A DNA stretch of 64,000 nucleotides from a virus (IMGVR_UViG_3300034107_000490:5422-69421), one strand, 5' to 3'; shown: positions 1 through 9,774, numbered from the stretch's first letter. Made by a program: numbers and translations. The notes: generated by a model not told the origin, from the letters alone.

Positions 1-1136
1 GTGAACAAAGACCTGAAGCTACGGTAAAATCCTTTACACCTGATAAGCCACAAGGTTTTATGGACAAGGCAGTGGATATAGTTTCTAACCCTATGACTTC
101 TGCTGGATTTTTAATGAGAGGACAAGCTATACCGGACCATATGCAACGAGATATGGACAAAGGTACTTTTGGTTATTTTTCAAATGGAAGTTATCATACA
201 GAAAGAAATCCACTTGATCTAGCAATAGGAGATATGACAGGATTATCTCTTGCAAATGATATTAGAGACGTAAAAAAAGGTGCAGAAAATAAAGATATAG
301 CTCAAGCAGGCTGGGGTTTATTTGGAGCAATACCAGGCGCATCTGAGTTGAAAGGAGCTATTAAAGGAACTAAAAATATAGCTAAACATTCAGACGAAGT
401 AATGGATGCTTATAACTTAGCTGTAGACTTAAAAAACAAAGGATTAATAAAAGAGTTACCTGATTCCCCAGATGGATTTGGTGATTGGCTAAAAGGAAAA
501 TATAATCAAAAACCTTTATATAGGGTTGTAGATGTAAATCCAAAAGTAACAAATGATCCTGCGTTTAGAAGTCAAATGAAAAATCTAGGCAAAAATCCTG
601 ATAACCCATATGAGGTTGCTGAATATATGGGTACAACTCCTGCACCATCAAATGTAGTAAATAGAGGTAGACGTAGTGGAGGACATGACCAGTTAATAGA
701 AGGTACTAATAAGGATATCTTATATTTTGCAGAAGACCCAACTTGGATAGGAAAAAGATACGGTGGAGAGAATCCATATTATGTAAAAACTTTTGCTGAT
801 CCGCTTCCTGAAAATATGTTGGATCAAGTTAAAAGATTAAGAAGCAACTCTCAAGCCCAAAAAAACTATTCAAGAAACTACCCAGGATTTGATATGAATA
901 ATGTTCCACATGGAGTATTATTTGAAGATAAGTTATTGTCAGTAGGTCCTAATTCTATAACACCAATAGTTGGCGATAAAGGTAAAAGTGTTAGAAAAGT
1001 ACATCATATTGTTAGCGGATCTGATTTTGAGAGGTTACCAAATAAAAGATTTGAGCTAGGAGGCCTAATGGACTTAATAAATGATGATAACATATCTGCG
1101 TATAAAGAGTCTAAAAAAAGTAAATCTAACAAGTAA
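1..1136 (+). CDS. Virion-module protein, 5'-truncated (reading frame open from window edge; first in-window ATG at 60)
   Basis: Frame 3 is open from nt 3 with no stop before the ATG at 60. 358+ aa, Gly/Lys-rich, no recognisable catalytic motif. First gene of the plus-strand structural block. Confidence 0.5.
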   Translation, partial: EQRPEATVKSFTPDKPQGFMDKAVDIVSNPMTSAGFLMRGQAIPDHMQRDMDKGTFGYFSNGSYHTERNPLDLAIGDMTGLSLANDIRDVKKGAENKDIAQAGWGLFGAIPGASELKGAIKGTKNIAKHSDEVMDAYNLAVDLKNKGLIKELPDSPDGFGDWLKGKYNQKPLYRVVDVNPKVTNDPAFRSQMKNLGKNPDNPYEVAEYMGTTPAPSNVVNRGRRSGGHDQLIEGTNKDILYFAEDPTWIGKRYGGENPYYVKTFADPLPENMLDQVKRLRSNSQAQKNYSRNYPGFDMNNVPHGVLFEDKLLSVGPNSITPIVGDKGKSVRKVHHIVSGSDFERLPNKRFELGGLMDLINDDNISAYKESKKSKSNK

Positions 1137-1195
1137 ATTAGTTTTACAAAATCTAATAATTTTTTAAATTAACCAATCACTAATTATATTTGTAC

Positions 1196-2506
1196 GATAT
1201 GAAAGATTATATTGATAAATTAAGGGAAGACTACCATAGAAAACAAATCAAAAAACTTAAGTTTGGAGATAAGTTTATGGCTAAAATAAACGATATAAGA
1301 TATGGTAAAATGTCTGCACCTGAACAAGAGGTTGATGAAAATGGAGAACCGGTTTCAAAAGGACCTGGTCCATCGCTTACAGCTTTAAAAGGACCTAATG
1401 CAACTCTAGGCAAAGATGTAAAACCTTCTTTATTTACAAACTCTCAAATGGGTTTAGGTAATCAGAATAAAGATGTAATATATAGTCCAGGTTATGAAAA
1501 GACAGGAAAGGAAATTGAAAAGAATCAAGAAGACCTTAAAAATATATTCACAAACCCTGGACAAGAGTCTACATATGATGGAAAAATAGCACCATCCTTT
1601 ATAAAAGAAGGTGAAAAAAAACAAACAAAGCCACCTGAACAACAGCCTCCTGGATTTTTCTTACCACCTAATGGAGATTTAACAACTAATCTTTATAATT
1701 TAGGTAGAGCTATTGGACAAAAAAAAGGAACTCCGGGTAGGGGTTTTGGAATAGTAGGTAATGCAGGAGCTGCAACTTTAGAGGCAACAAGATCACTACT
1801 TTCTGGAGTTGGTTTTTCAAAAGCACAAGCATACACAGATCAATTCAATCAAGAGCAAATGATTGCTGCTAGAAAGAAGTACGAAAGTAATCCTCAGTAT
1901 AGTAATGCAAATTACATAGGTGGACCAACAGAATCTAGAGATGGTGGAAAAATAAGAGTATTTGCAGAAGGAGGAGAACAAATGGATCCTCGTCAGGCTC
2001 AAATGATGCAGATGATGCAACAACAGCAAGGTCAACAAGAAGCTGATCCAAGACAACAACAAATGGATCCTCGTCAAGCACAGATGATGCAACAACAAGG
2101 TCAGCAACCAATGGATCCTCGTCAAGCGCAACAACAAGAGACTCAAATGACAGAACAAGAGTCTGCTGCATACCAACAAATAGCTGAGAAATTAGTAAAC
2201 TCTTTCGAAACTATTGAAGAGATAGCAAACTACCTTAAAGAAAATAGAGTAGACCAAGTAGCATATCAGGCAATATTAAATTTTGCACAAGATATGATCG
2301 AAGATAGAGATGAATCTAAACAAGAAAATGACGAAGCTACAGAAGAACCACAAAATGAAGAAGAAGGAGGAGGATCTGAAGAGATGCGTAAAGGTGGTAA
2401 AAAGTTCAATAAAAAAGTAGGAGAGTACATAGAATTCGAATACGATGGAAAAGTTCATAAAGGAACTATAAAAAGCATTAAGAACGGACAAATATTTTTG
2501 AAGTAA
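1196..2506 (+). CDS. Gln-rich repeat protein with acidic C-terminal region (scaffold-like?)
   Basis: ORF track starts at TTG 1190; first ATG is at 1196. The TATATTTG -7 box at 1185–1192 lies directly upstream. Contains three MDPRQAQMMQ-type tandem repeats and an acidic stretch EATEEPQNEEEGGGSEE. Its stop overlaps the next start (TAATG at 2504–2508). Confidence 0.55.
   Translation, partial: DMKDYIDKLREDYHRKQIKKLKFGDKFMAKINDIRYGKMSAPEQEVDENGEPVSKGPGPSLTALKGPNATLGKDVKPSLFTNSQMGLGNQNKDVIYSPGYEKTGKEIEKNQEDLKNIFTNPGQESTYDGKIAPSFIKEGEKKQTKPPEQQPPGFFLPPNGDLTTNLYNLGRAIGQKKGTPGRGFGIVGNAGAATLEATRSLLSGVGFSKAQAYTDQFNQEQMIAARKKYESNPQYSNANYIGGPTESRDGGKIRVFAEGGEQMDPRQAQMMQMMQQQQGQQEADPRQQQMDPRQAQMMQQQGQQPMDPRQAQQQETQMTEQESAAYQQIAEKLVNSFETIEEIANYLKENRVDQVAYQAILNFAQDMIEDRDESKQENDEATEEPQNEEEGGGSEEMRKGGKKFNKKVGEYIEFEYDGKVHKGTIKSIKNGQIFLK
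1982..2140 (+). repeat. Imperfect in-frame tandem repeat (ATGGATCCTCGTCARGC..CAAATGATGCA) x3 encoding MDPRQAQ(MM)Q
   Basis: Copies begin at 1982, 2063 and 2111. Seen directly in the sequence. Confidence 0.7.
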
Positions 2507-4701
2507 TGGCAGACAACGGATTTGACATAAATAAAATTAAAATAAAAGAGTCTGACAAAGTTAAGGCTCTTACAGGAGAGTATACATTTGGCCTACCACC
2601 TGCTTCAAAGACAGAACCAAACGCTGAAGTAGAGGATAACGAATACATTAAATATCCTGATGAAACTGTAGTACAAGCAAAAGGTGTAAGACACGAAAGA
2701 GGTGGAATTAAAGTAAACCTTCCGGATGAAACTGAAATACTCTCTGACACTCTTAAATTGACAGCAAAACAAGCCAGAGATATTAGAGATAAATACAATG
2801 TTGAAGTATCTATCCGAGATACATATTCTTCTGCGTTAGAAAAATACACAAAACGATTAGGATTAAAAAGGCTCAATGATGATCAGGAAGAAGTTTTCAA
2901 AATAATCAAAAAGCAACAAGAAAATAAAACAATAAAAAATCCTACACTTGCTCTTAACAATGAGTATTTATCAACAAAAGTGTATGACATTGAGCAAAAG
3001 AAAAAACCGCTAGAAGAGAAAAGGAAAAAACTATTTGACTTACTATTTGAGCAACAAGAATCTACTAAAAAACCTGACAGCAAGGATACCACTCAAATGA
3101 GACTAGGTGGAGAGTTCGAAAAGTTTGCAAGTAAACATGGATTCTCTGTAGAAGAAGCATCTAGAATATTAGCACGAGAAGGTAAAACGATTCCTATCTA
3201 TGAAAATGGAGCTAAGAAAAGAAGAAAAATTGTTAAACAAACTATTACAGATGATGAGTTTAATAAAGTTGATGCTAATGGTACATCTTTATCCGATAAA
3301 TGGAACGGAGATAAGATAGCATACGAAGAGTTCTTAACAGCTAAAAAAGGTATCCTAGACAATAAAGACTTAAGATCAAGCATGTATAAAAACTATCAAT
3401 CAGTAATTGAATCTGATGAGGCTTATACAGGAAAGAATAAAAAACTTAAAGAGGGTTATTCTAAACCACTTAAATCTTTAACCGAAGATCAAGTATTAGA
3501 GCAACTACTTGCACAAGAAGAAAGAAATGCTAGGTTATCTGCACATAAATTAGACGCTAAGACAACAGAGCAAAATGTTGCAAAAGGACAGACTACTAAC
3601 CAAACGACTTTAGACAAGATTAAAGCTACAAAAGGACTAGCAGACTTAGACTTTAGCAAAGGTTATCAAGGGCAAGCAGCATACATTGCTTACAACAAAA
3701 CAATGCAACAAGACCCTAAGTTTAAAGATTGGGCTAGTATTAATCAGACAGGGAAAGATGACGAAACTATCTTTGGGTTAAAAGGCACTATTTCAGGTAT
3801 TGACAACTATAATACTAATACAACATTAGGGGAAAGATTAGGGTATTTAGGTGAAGCTATTCCAGATTGTCCTTGTGGAGAAGATGCGAATGGAGAATGT
3901 TTACCTTGTAAAAAAGATGAACCTAAAAAAGAAGAAAACCCTCCAAAAGAAGGTCCTATAGAGGATAACACTGTAATACCAAGACAAAAACAAAACCAAC
4001 AGTTTTTTGTACCTGAGAGGTTTGTATTGCCTCCAAGTCCGCAATCTCCTGAAACTATGGTTCAAAATAGATTTAGTAGGCTAGATCCAATTAGAGTTGG
4101 TATTGAGGATGATTTGGCAAGTTCAGCTGCGAATAGGCAGTTTGGAGCATCACAGCTTAAAGACTTACCAGCTGCACAAAGAGTAGCCGGATTACAACAA
4201 ATGTTAGCTACTACAGGAGGTATAGAAAATAAAGCAATTCTAGATAAAAATAGGATAAACGCAGAGAATCAAGCAACAACTGACCAATATAACGCAGGAC
4301 AAAGAGATAGAGAGAACATAGCTTTAGGTAGTAACTTACTTAACTTTGAAGGAAGATCCTTGACAGGAAAAGATAAAACAGAGAATAATTTACGAAATTA
4401 CATAAACTTTAGAGAGAACGAATCGATGAATAATTTCGGTGTTCAACAAAGGTTCAATACACTGAATAAGTTATTCCCTGACTACAGTATTGATGCTTTT
4501 GGAATGGGTACAGACTTTGATCCATCAACAAACAATCAAGTACAAAATAACGATAACGTACAAGGCATAGTAAACGCAAGTAATCAAACTAGTTCGAATT
4601 ATTACCCTAATGATAACACAGAAGAAGAAGAGGAAAAAAGATTAGGTGGAAGATTTTGGAGATACGAAGAAGATGAAGACGATGATGATGATGATTATTA
4701 A
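2506..4701 (+). CDS. Hypothetical virion protein, 731 aa, poly-acidic C-terminal tail (EEEEEK...EEDEDDDDDDY)
   Basis: Long ORF translationally coupled to the upstream gene. Carries a CPCGEDANGECLPC Cys cluster and a strongly acidic tail. Confidence 0.55.
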   Translation: MADNGFDINKIKIKESDKVKALTGEYTFGLPPASKTEPNAEVEDNEYIKYPDETVVQAKGVRHERGGIKVNLPDETEILSDTLKLTAKQARDIRDKYNVEVSIRDTYSSALEKYTKRLGLKRLNDDQEEVFKIIKKQQENKTIKNPTLALNNEYLSTKVYDIEQKKKPLEEKRKKLFDLLFEQQESTKKPDSKDTTQMRLGGEFEKFASKHGFSVEEASRILAREGKTIPIYENGAKKRRKIVKQTITDDEFNKVDANGTSLSDKWNGDKIAYEEFLTAKKGILDNKDLRSSMYKNYQSVIESDEAYTGKNKKLKEGYSKPLKSLTEDQVLEQLLAQEERNARLSAHKLDAKTTEQNVAKGQTTNQTTLDKIKATKGLADLDFSKGYQGQAAYIAYNKTMQQDPKFKDWASINQTGKDDETIFGLKGTISGIDNYNTNTTLGERLGYLGEAIPDCPCGEDANGECLPCKKDEPKKEENPPKEGPIEDNTVIPRQKQNQQFFVPERFVLPPSPQSPETMVQNRFSRLDPIRVGIEDDLASSAANRQFGASQLKDLPAAQRVAGLQQMLATTGGIENKAILDKNRINAENQATTDQYNAGQRDRENIALGSNLLNFEGRSLTGKDKTENNLRNYINFRENESMNNFGVQQRFNTLNKLFPDYSIDAFGMGTDFDPSTNNQVQNNDNVQGIVNASNQTSSNYYPNDNTEEEEEKRLGGRFWRYEEDEDDDDDDY

Positions 4702-4744
4702 TAAGTTTAAGTATAAAAAAGTAAGATAACTAATATAAAATAAG

Positions 4745-6190
4745 ATGAAAATGATGATGAAGAAAACGACTAAAAAGTCGAAGAAAGTAACTCCATCTAA
4801 TAAATTAAAAAAATACGAAGAAGGAGGAAAAGAAGTAACTGGATTAAAGAAAAACTCAGAATACGATTCAAAAATGCCTTCAGGCGTAACTATGCCAAAA
4901 AGAGATATGCCATATGGTACAGGTATGAAAATGCTGATGAAGACAGAACCGACCACAAACAATCTTAAGAAAATTGAGATGCCTGAAGGTTCATTGCCTG
5001 TAACTCCTTCCACACCAGTTACACCAACTAAAGGTACAAAGGTAAGTACCCCAAAAACTAAATTGTTGCCTGGTGGATTTACAAGTGAAGCACAAAAGAA
5101 AGTGTATACTCAATCTTTAAGAGATAAGGTTAAATCAGGTATGTCTGTTGACGAACTAGTTAAAAAAGGATACGGAACAAAAAAAGGACTTACAGAATTA
5201 GGTTTAGGAAAGTATTCTGAAGGAGTGGCTTTAAAGAAAAAAGGACAAGAACAAAAAGCACAAGGTATTGCACTTAAAAATAAAGCTAGTAGTACAGACT
5301 ATAAGAAGCAGTGGAATGATAACCTTTTAAGTAAATCAGTAACTAATAAAAAACTAACAGATAAAGAACAATCATACATAGTTCGCAAATATGGGCATGA
5401 AAATCTTGGAGGTTTTGCAGGGGCATCAGCGAATGATAATTTAACTCCTAAGCAAAAAAAGGCCTACGACAATGTTAGAAAAGCACAGCTTGAAAAAGCA
5501 AAACCAAAAATGCGAGAAGAGCTTGAAGGAGCTGTTCAAATGATGACACCTAGAGGTATAGCTAAACAAGTAATTAAAAAAGCTGGGCAGTTTGCATTTA
5601 CAGAAGGTGCAAAAAAATTCATTGGACAGGGTACAAAACAAACAGCATCAAAAGGTTCTCAAAAATTATTAGGAGAAGGTGTAAAAAGTGTAGCTAAAAC
5701 TGGATCAAAAGCACTTAAACCTGATAAGATAATTAAACCAGTTACTAAATCATTGAACTCTGGTCAAAAAATGCTAGGAAGAACTATTAATGTTTCAGGA
5801 CGTACAGTTTCTAGTGGAAGTCAAAAAGCATTAAACAGTGGACAAAAGTTATTAAATAACGGCCAAACAAAATTAAATGCTGGTCAAAAATTACTAGGGA
5901 AAGGGACAAAAAAAGTAGCAGCTAAAACTACAAAAGCATCATCAACTAGAGGTACAAAAGCAACTAAACAACAAATTTCTGAGTTTACTAAAAAAACAGG
6001 AAGAACTAAAAAAGAAGTTGAGGCTTTTCACGCAAGAAATAAAAAAGCTATAGACAATGACTGGGCAATTATTGATAGTTATAGAAGAGGTGGAAAAACA
6101 AAAATAGTTAAAAAATCAACAATTACACCAACTAAAAGAAAACCAACAGTTAAAGTTATAAAAATGACAAAAGGTGGTATTAAAAAGTAA
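4745..6190 (+). CDS. Lysine-rich low-complexity protein, paralog A (481 aa)
   Basis: Rich in K/T/G. Contains xGQKLL decapeptide-like repeats and a C-terminal ...MTKGGIKK. Two blocks are about 90% nt-identical to the 6217 gene. Confidence 0.6.
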   Translation: MKMMMKKTTKKSKKVTPSNKLKKYEEGGKEVTGLKKNSEYDSKMPSGVTMPKRDMPYGTGMKMLMKTEPTTNNLKKIEMPEGSLPVTPSTPVTPTKGTKVSTPKTKLLPGGFTSEAQKKVYTQSLRDKVKSGMSVDELVKKGYGTKKGLTELGLGKYSEGVALKKKGQEQKAQGIALKNKASSTDYKKQWNDNLLSKSVTNKKLTDKEQSYIVRKYGHENLGGFAGASANDNLTPKQKKAYDNVRKAQLEKAKPKMREELEGAVQMMTPRGIAKQVIKKAGQFAFTEGAKKFIGQGTKQTASKGSQKLLGEGVKSVAKTGSKALKPDKIIKPVTKSLNSGQKMLGRTINVSGRTVSSGSQKALNSGQKLLNNGQTKLNAGQKLLGKGTKKVAAKTTKASSTRGTKATKQQISEFTKKTGRTKKEVEAFHARNKKAIDNDWAIIDSYRRGGKTKIVKKSTITPTKRKPTVKVIKMTKGGIKK

Positions 6191-6216
6191 TAGTAAAGTA
6201 TTTAAATTAAAGTAAG

Positions 6217-7839
6217 ATGATTAAGTATAAAACAGTAAAAAGTAAATCTTCTACTTCTCGTAAGAAATTAAAAAAATACGAAGAAGGAGGAAAAGAAGTA
6301 ACTGGATTAAAGAAAAATTCAGAATACGATGCAAAAATGCCTGCAGGCGTAACTATGCCAAAAGGAGATATGCCATATGGTACAGGTATGAAAATGCTGA
6401 TGAAGACAGAAGCAGTTCCTGCAGACAAACTTTTGAAAAAAATTGAGATGCCTGAAGGTTCATTGCCTATAACTCCTACCGCACCAACTGCTGCTCCAAA
6501 AGCTAAACTACTTCCAGGTGGATTTACAAGTGAAGCACAGAAAGCAGCTTACATTAAAAATGTAAAAGCTAGAATGGCTAAGGGTGCTACAATAGACCAA
6601 TTGGTTAAAGACAAAGTTGGAACTAAAGCAGGATTAGAAGGACTAGGCTTTAAAGATGCAGCTAAGACTAATATTACTGTTAAAACTAAAAAATCAACTA
6701 CTTTACCTAAAAATAATGTTTTAAGCTCTGTAGGAAGAAAAGGATTAGCTAATACAGCAAGTACACCTCTACCTAAAAACTCAAAAGTTCCATTAAAGAA
6801 TGCAACTCCAAAAAAAGGAAGTAATGCAGAAGAAGCTCTTAGATTAAAAGCAGAAGGAATGAAACTTAAGGGCCAAGGAATGAAACTTAAGGGCCAAGGC
6901 ATGAAACTTAAAGGTCAAGCATTGGCAACTAAGGGTAAAAAATCATACTACAAGGAACAGTACCACCAAAACCTTATAGATAAAGCAATCAAAGGTCAAA
7001 GTATAACAGATGCTGAAAATAAAGCTTTATACGAGAAATTAAACAACAAATTAGATAGCGGTAAAAAGTTAACAGATCGCGAGGCAATGGCAAGAAAAGC
7101 TACCCTTGGTACAGCAGTTAAAAAAGGAAGAGAAGATTTTACTGGTGTTGCACTAACAGTTGGAACAATATTAGCAACTCGTGGAAGAAGTGCAGGACCT
7201 CAAGCTTTAAAAAGCCAAGCTCCAAAACTTTTATCAAAAGGAAAAAATTTAATATCTTCAGGAGCAAAACAATTAACTACAAAAGGGTCTCAAAAAGCTC
7301 TAGGAGAAGGTGTAAAAAGTGTAGCTAAAACTGGATCAAAAGCACTTAAACCTGATAAAATATTTAAACCAGCTACTAAAGCACTGAACCCTGGTCAAAA
7401 AATGCTAGGAAGAACTATTAATGTTTCCGGAAGAACTGTATCAAGCGGTAGCCAAAAAGCATTAAACAGTGGACAAAAGTTATTAAATAACGGCCAAACA
7501 AAATTAAATGCTGGTCAAAAACTTTTACAACAAGGTTCTAAAGTATCTAAATCTACAGCAGCTAAAGTTAATCAAGTAGCTAAAAACAAATCATTAGCTA
7601 GAAATACAAGAAATGCTAAATTAGAAGCAGGTATAAAAACTGATAACAAAGTAGCAAGGTCAATGAGATTAAAAGATGAAAAAGCTAACTTAGTTAAGAA
7701 AGGAATTCAAAGAGTAAAAACTTCTGTAAAAAATGCAAAAGTTAGAAATGCTAAACCGAAACCAGGTGATCAATTAAAACTTGATTTAAAAAGAGGAGGT
7801 GGTAAATTTAGTTATGGCAGAAACAGCAAAAAAAAGTAA
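6217..7839 (+). CDS. Lysine-rich low-complexity protein, paralog B (540 aa)
   Basis: Shares the N-terminal LKKYEEGGKEVTGLKKNSEYD...GTGMKMLMKTE block and the C-terminal SQKALGEGVKSVAKTGSKALKPDKI...NAGQKLL block with the 4745 gene. Has 3x GMKLKGQ heptad repeats. Confidence 0.6.
   Translation: MIKYKTVKSKSSTSRKKLKKYEEGGKEVTGLKKNSEYDAKMPAGVTMPKGDMPYGTGMKMLMKTEAVPADKLLKKIEMPEGSLPITPTAPTAAPKAKLLPGGFTSEAQKAAYIKNVKARMAKGATIDQLVKDKVGTKAGLEGLGFKDAAKTNITVKTKKSTTLPKNNVLSSVGRKGLANTASTPLPKNSKVPLKNATPKKGSNAEEALRLKAEGMKLKGQGMKLKGQGMKLKGQALATKGKKSYYKEQYHQNLIDKAIKGQSITDAENKALYEKLNNKLDSGKKLTDREAMARKATLGTAVKKGREDFTGVALTVGTILATRGRSAGPQALKSQAPKLLSKGKNLISSGAKQLTTKGSQKALGEGVKSVAKTGSKALKPDKIFKPATKALNPGQKMLGRTINVSGRTVSSGSQKALNSGQKLLNNGQTKLNAGQKLLQQGSKVSKSTAAKVNQVAKNKSLARNTRNAKLEAGIKTDNKVARSMRLKDEKANLVKKGIQRVKTSVKNAKVRNAKPKPGDQLKLDLKRGGGKFSYGRNSKKK
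6856..6918 (+). repeat. 3 x 21-nt in-frame tandem repeat encoding GMKLKGQ
   Basis: ggaatgaaacttaagggccaa repeated three times with a few substitutions. Confidence 0.8.
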
Positions 7840-8206
7840 TCCAAAACTTTGGAGCCAAGTAGTCTCTTCCGTTAAATCTGGAAGCAAGGGTGGTAATGCA
7901 GGCCAATGGTCCGCAAGAAAAGCACAAATTGCTGTAAAGAAATACAAAGAAAACGGAGGAGGTTATGAAGGCAAAAAGAGTAGTAGTAATAGTCTTAAAA
8001 AATGGACAGATGAAAAATGGCGAACTAAAAGTGGAAAGCCAAGCCTAAAAACAGGTGAAAGATATTTGCCGGAAAAAGCTATAAAATCTTTGTCTAAAAA
8101 GGATTACGAAAAAACAACTAAAGTTAAAAGAGAGGGCATGAAAGCAGGAAAGCAATTTGTACCTCAACCTAAACAAATTAAAAGTAAAACAAAAAAATTT
8201 AGATAA
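7814..8206 (+). CDS. Basic K-rich protein (about 130 aa); ORF track start GTG 7799, first ATG 7814
   Basis: Overlaps the 3' end of the 540-aa gene in the +1 frame. An A8 run (7828–7835) lies in the overlap. Confidence 0.45.
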   Translation: MAETAKKSNPKLWSQVVSSVKSGSKGGNAGQWSARKAQIAVKKYKENGGGYEGKKSSSNSLKKWTDEKWRTKSGKPSLKTGERYLPEKAIKSLSKKDYEKTTKVKREGMKAGKQFVPQPKQIKSKTKKFR

Positions 8207-8208
8207 TC

Positions 8209-9300
8209 ATGGCTGTTAAAAAACATTTAGGGTTTAAAGAAACTCAAGCAAAAATTGCTAAGAAGCAAGGTATCTCTAAAGCAGCTGCTGGAGCTATCTT
8301 AGCAAGCTCTGCTCGTAAGGCAAGCCCTTCAGCAGTAAAGAAAAACCCTGCGTTAAAAAACGTTCCTGGGGTTAAAAAGTACGTAAATGGTGGTTGGGTG
8401 CAAGAAGTAATTAAAACAGCACAGGATAGAAAGAAAAAAGAAGGAAATAAAACAATTTCATCTAGTCGTAAAGATACCGATGTTAAGATAGGTAAAGATA
8501 AATATGGTACTAGCAAAGCATTTAGAGCTACAAAGTCAGGTAAACTTGTAAGCGAAACAACACAAGATTTTCCAACTAGAGGTGGTGCTACACTTTTTGA
8601 CAAAACAACAACAGTAATGGATACTACAGGTTATTCAAAGGGTAAAAAATCATTCCCTGCAAAAAGAACTAACTACAATCCATTTGATACTGACCTATTA
8701 ACAGGTGAACAACTTGGGGTAAAAACTCAAACATTTGATGTTCCAAGAAACAAAGTTAAAAAGACCATAAAAGAAATGAAGTCAAATACAGGTATGCTTC
8801 AAAAAGAGAAAGCTGCAAAATTAAAACAGAAACCAAAAACACCTGTTTCTACTAAAACAACAGTAGACAGAAATGGAAAAAAAACTACAAAAACATTTAA
8901 GCCTGTAAGAGTAAATAAGTCTGAGGCTTTTGGAGATGGTGGTAAAAAAACTGTTAAAGGTTTATATAAGGGCGTTGAATATAATAGCAAGGGTGATGTT
9001 ATATCAAAATATGATGTAGCTTCTAAAAAAGGAGATAGAAATGTTTATCAAGCATATCCTGATGGACAATTAGTGAAGAGTACTTATAATCCTACAAAAC
9101 AAAATGCTAGAAGAGCAATGTTAGATACTACAGGATACTCTAAAGGTAAGCAATCATTTCCTAAAACTATAGAACTACAAAATACAAAAAATAATAGAAG
9201 AAACGGTAAAGTAACTACTATTAAAACAAAGGTTCCAAGAAAACTTGTAAAAACTCAGATAAAGTCTATGCAGACTATGAGAAAAGGTGGTAAAAAGTAA
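8209..9300 (+). CDS. Lysine-rich protein (363 aa) with internal duplication DTTGYSKGK(K/Q)SFP and C-terminal RKGGKK
   Basis: ATG at 8209. Composition is K/T/G/S-rich. Two copies of the DTTGYSKGKxSFP segment are visible. Confidence 0.55.
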   Translation: MAVKKHLGFKETQAKIAKKQGISKAAAGAILASSARKASPSAVKKNPALKNVPGVKKYVNGGWVQEVIKTAQDRKKKEGNKTISSSRKDTDVKIGKDKYGTSKAFRATKSGKLVSETTQDFPTRGGATLFDKTTTVMDTTGYSKGKKSFPAKRTNYNPFDTDLLTGEQLGVKTQTFDVPRNKVKKTIKEMKSNTGMLQKEKAAKLKQKPKTPVSTKTTVDRNGKKTTKTFKPVRVNKSEAFGDGGKKTVKGLYKGVEYNSKGDVISKYDVASKKGDRNVYQAYPDGQLVKSTYNPTKQNARRAMLDTTGYSKGKQSFPKTIELQNTKNNRRNGKVTTIKTKVPRKLVKTQIKSMQTMRKGGKK

Positions 9301-9323
9301 TAATAATTAAATAGATAAACAAA

Positions 9324-9755
9324 ATGGCAACAGCAAAGAAAAAAGCAGCTCCAAAAAAGAAAGCTGCTCCAGTAAAAGGAGCTTGGACTCCACCTTGGGC
9401 AAAGAAAGAAGTAAAAGAAAAAAAGACAGGAGAAATCCCTAAAGCACGTAAAGGAGGTAAAACATCTTGCTCTTCTTGTAATTGTAAAGGCAAAGGTTGT
9501 ATGATGTGTGGAGGTAAGAAATATGGGGATGGTGGACTCCAAACTCAGATGGGTAAAATACTTAAATCTCAAGGACAACAAGCAAGAAAAGCAGGTTTGA
9601 CTAAAAAGTTAGATGGAATGGGTCTTTTTGAAATGAGTGAAATGAAAGTTAAACCAGTACGAAAAGGTGCAACAGGAGCTCAACTTAAAGCAGAAGGTCT
9701 GCTATTAAAAAAGAAAGGTATGGCATTAAAAAAGAAAGGCCAAAGTATGAGATAA
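9324..9755 (+). CDS. Histone H1-like basic protein (AKKKAAPKKKAAP N-terminal repeat) with a Cys cluster CSSCNCKGKGCMMCGG
   Basis: The AKKA/PKKA repeat is typical of H1 and bacterial Hc/AlgP-like tails. Has KKKGMALKKKGQ motifs similar to GMKLKGQ in the 6217 gene. Confidence 0.55.
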   Translation: MATAKKKAAPKKKAAPVKGAWTPPWAKKEVKEKKTGEIPKARKGGKTSCSSCNCKGKGCMMCGGKKYGDGGLQTQMGKILKSQGQQARKAGLTKKLDGMGLFEMSEMKVKPVRKGATGAQLKAEGLLLKKKGMALKKKGQSMR

Positions 9756-9774
9756 GGTGGTAAAACGTGTTAAT

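Noticed and set aside
6856-6918. Short direct repeats that could suggest a CRISPR array
   Set aside because: They are 21-nt in-frame coding repeats (GMKLKGQ) with no spacers. No CRISPR-like repeat-spacer architecture exists anywhere in the window.
7830-7836. Classical -1 programmed frameshift at A_AAA_AAG
   Set aside because: A -1 shift reaches a stop after about 10 codons. Only a +1 shift or transcript slippage joins the downstream ORF, so a G/GT-type -1 mechanism is not supported.
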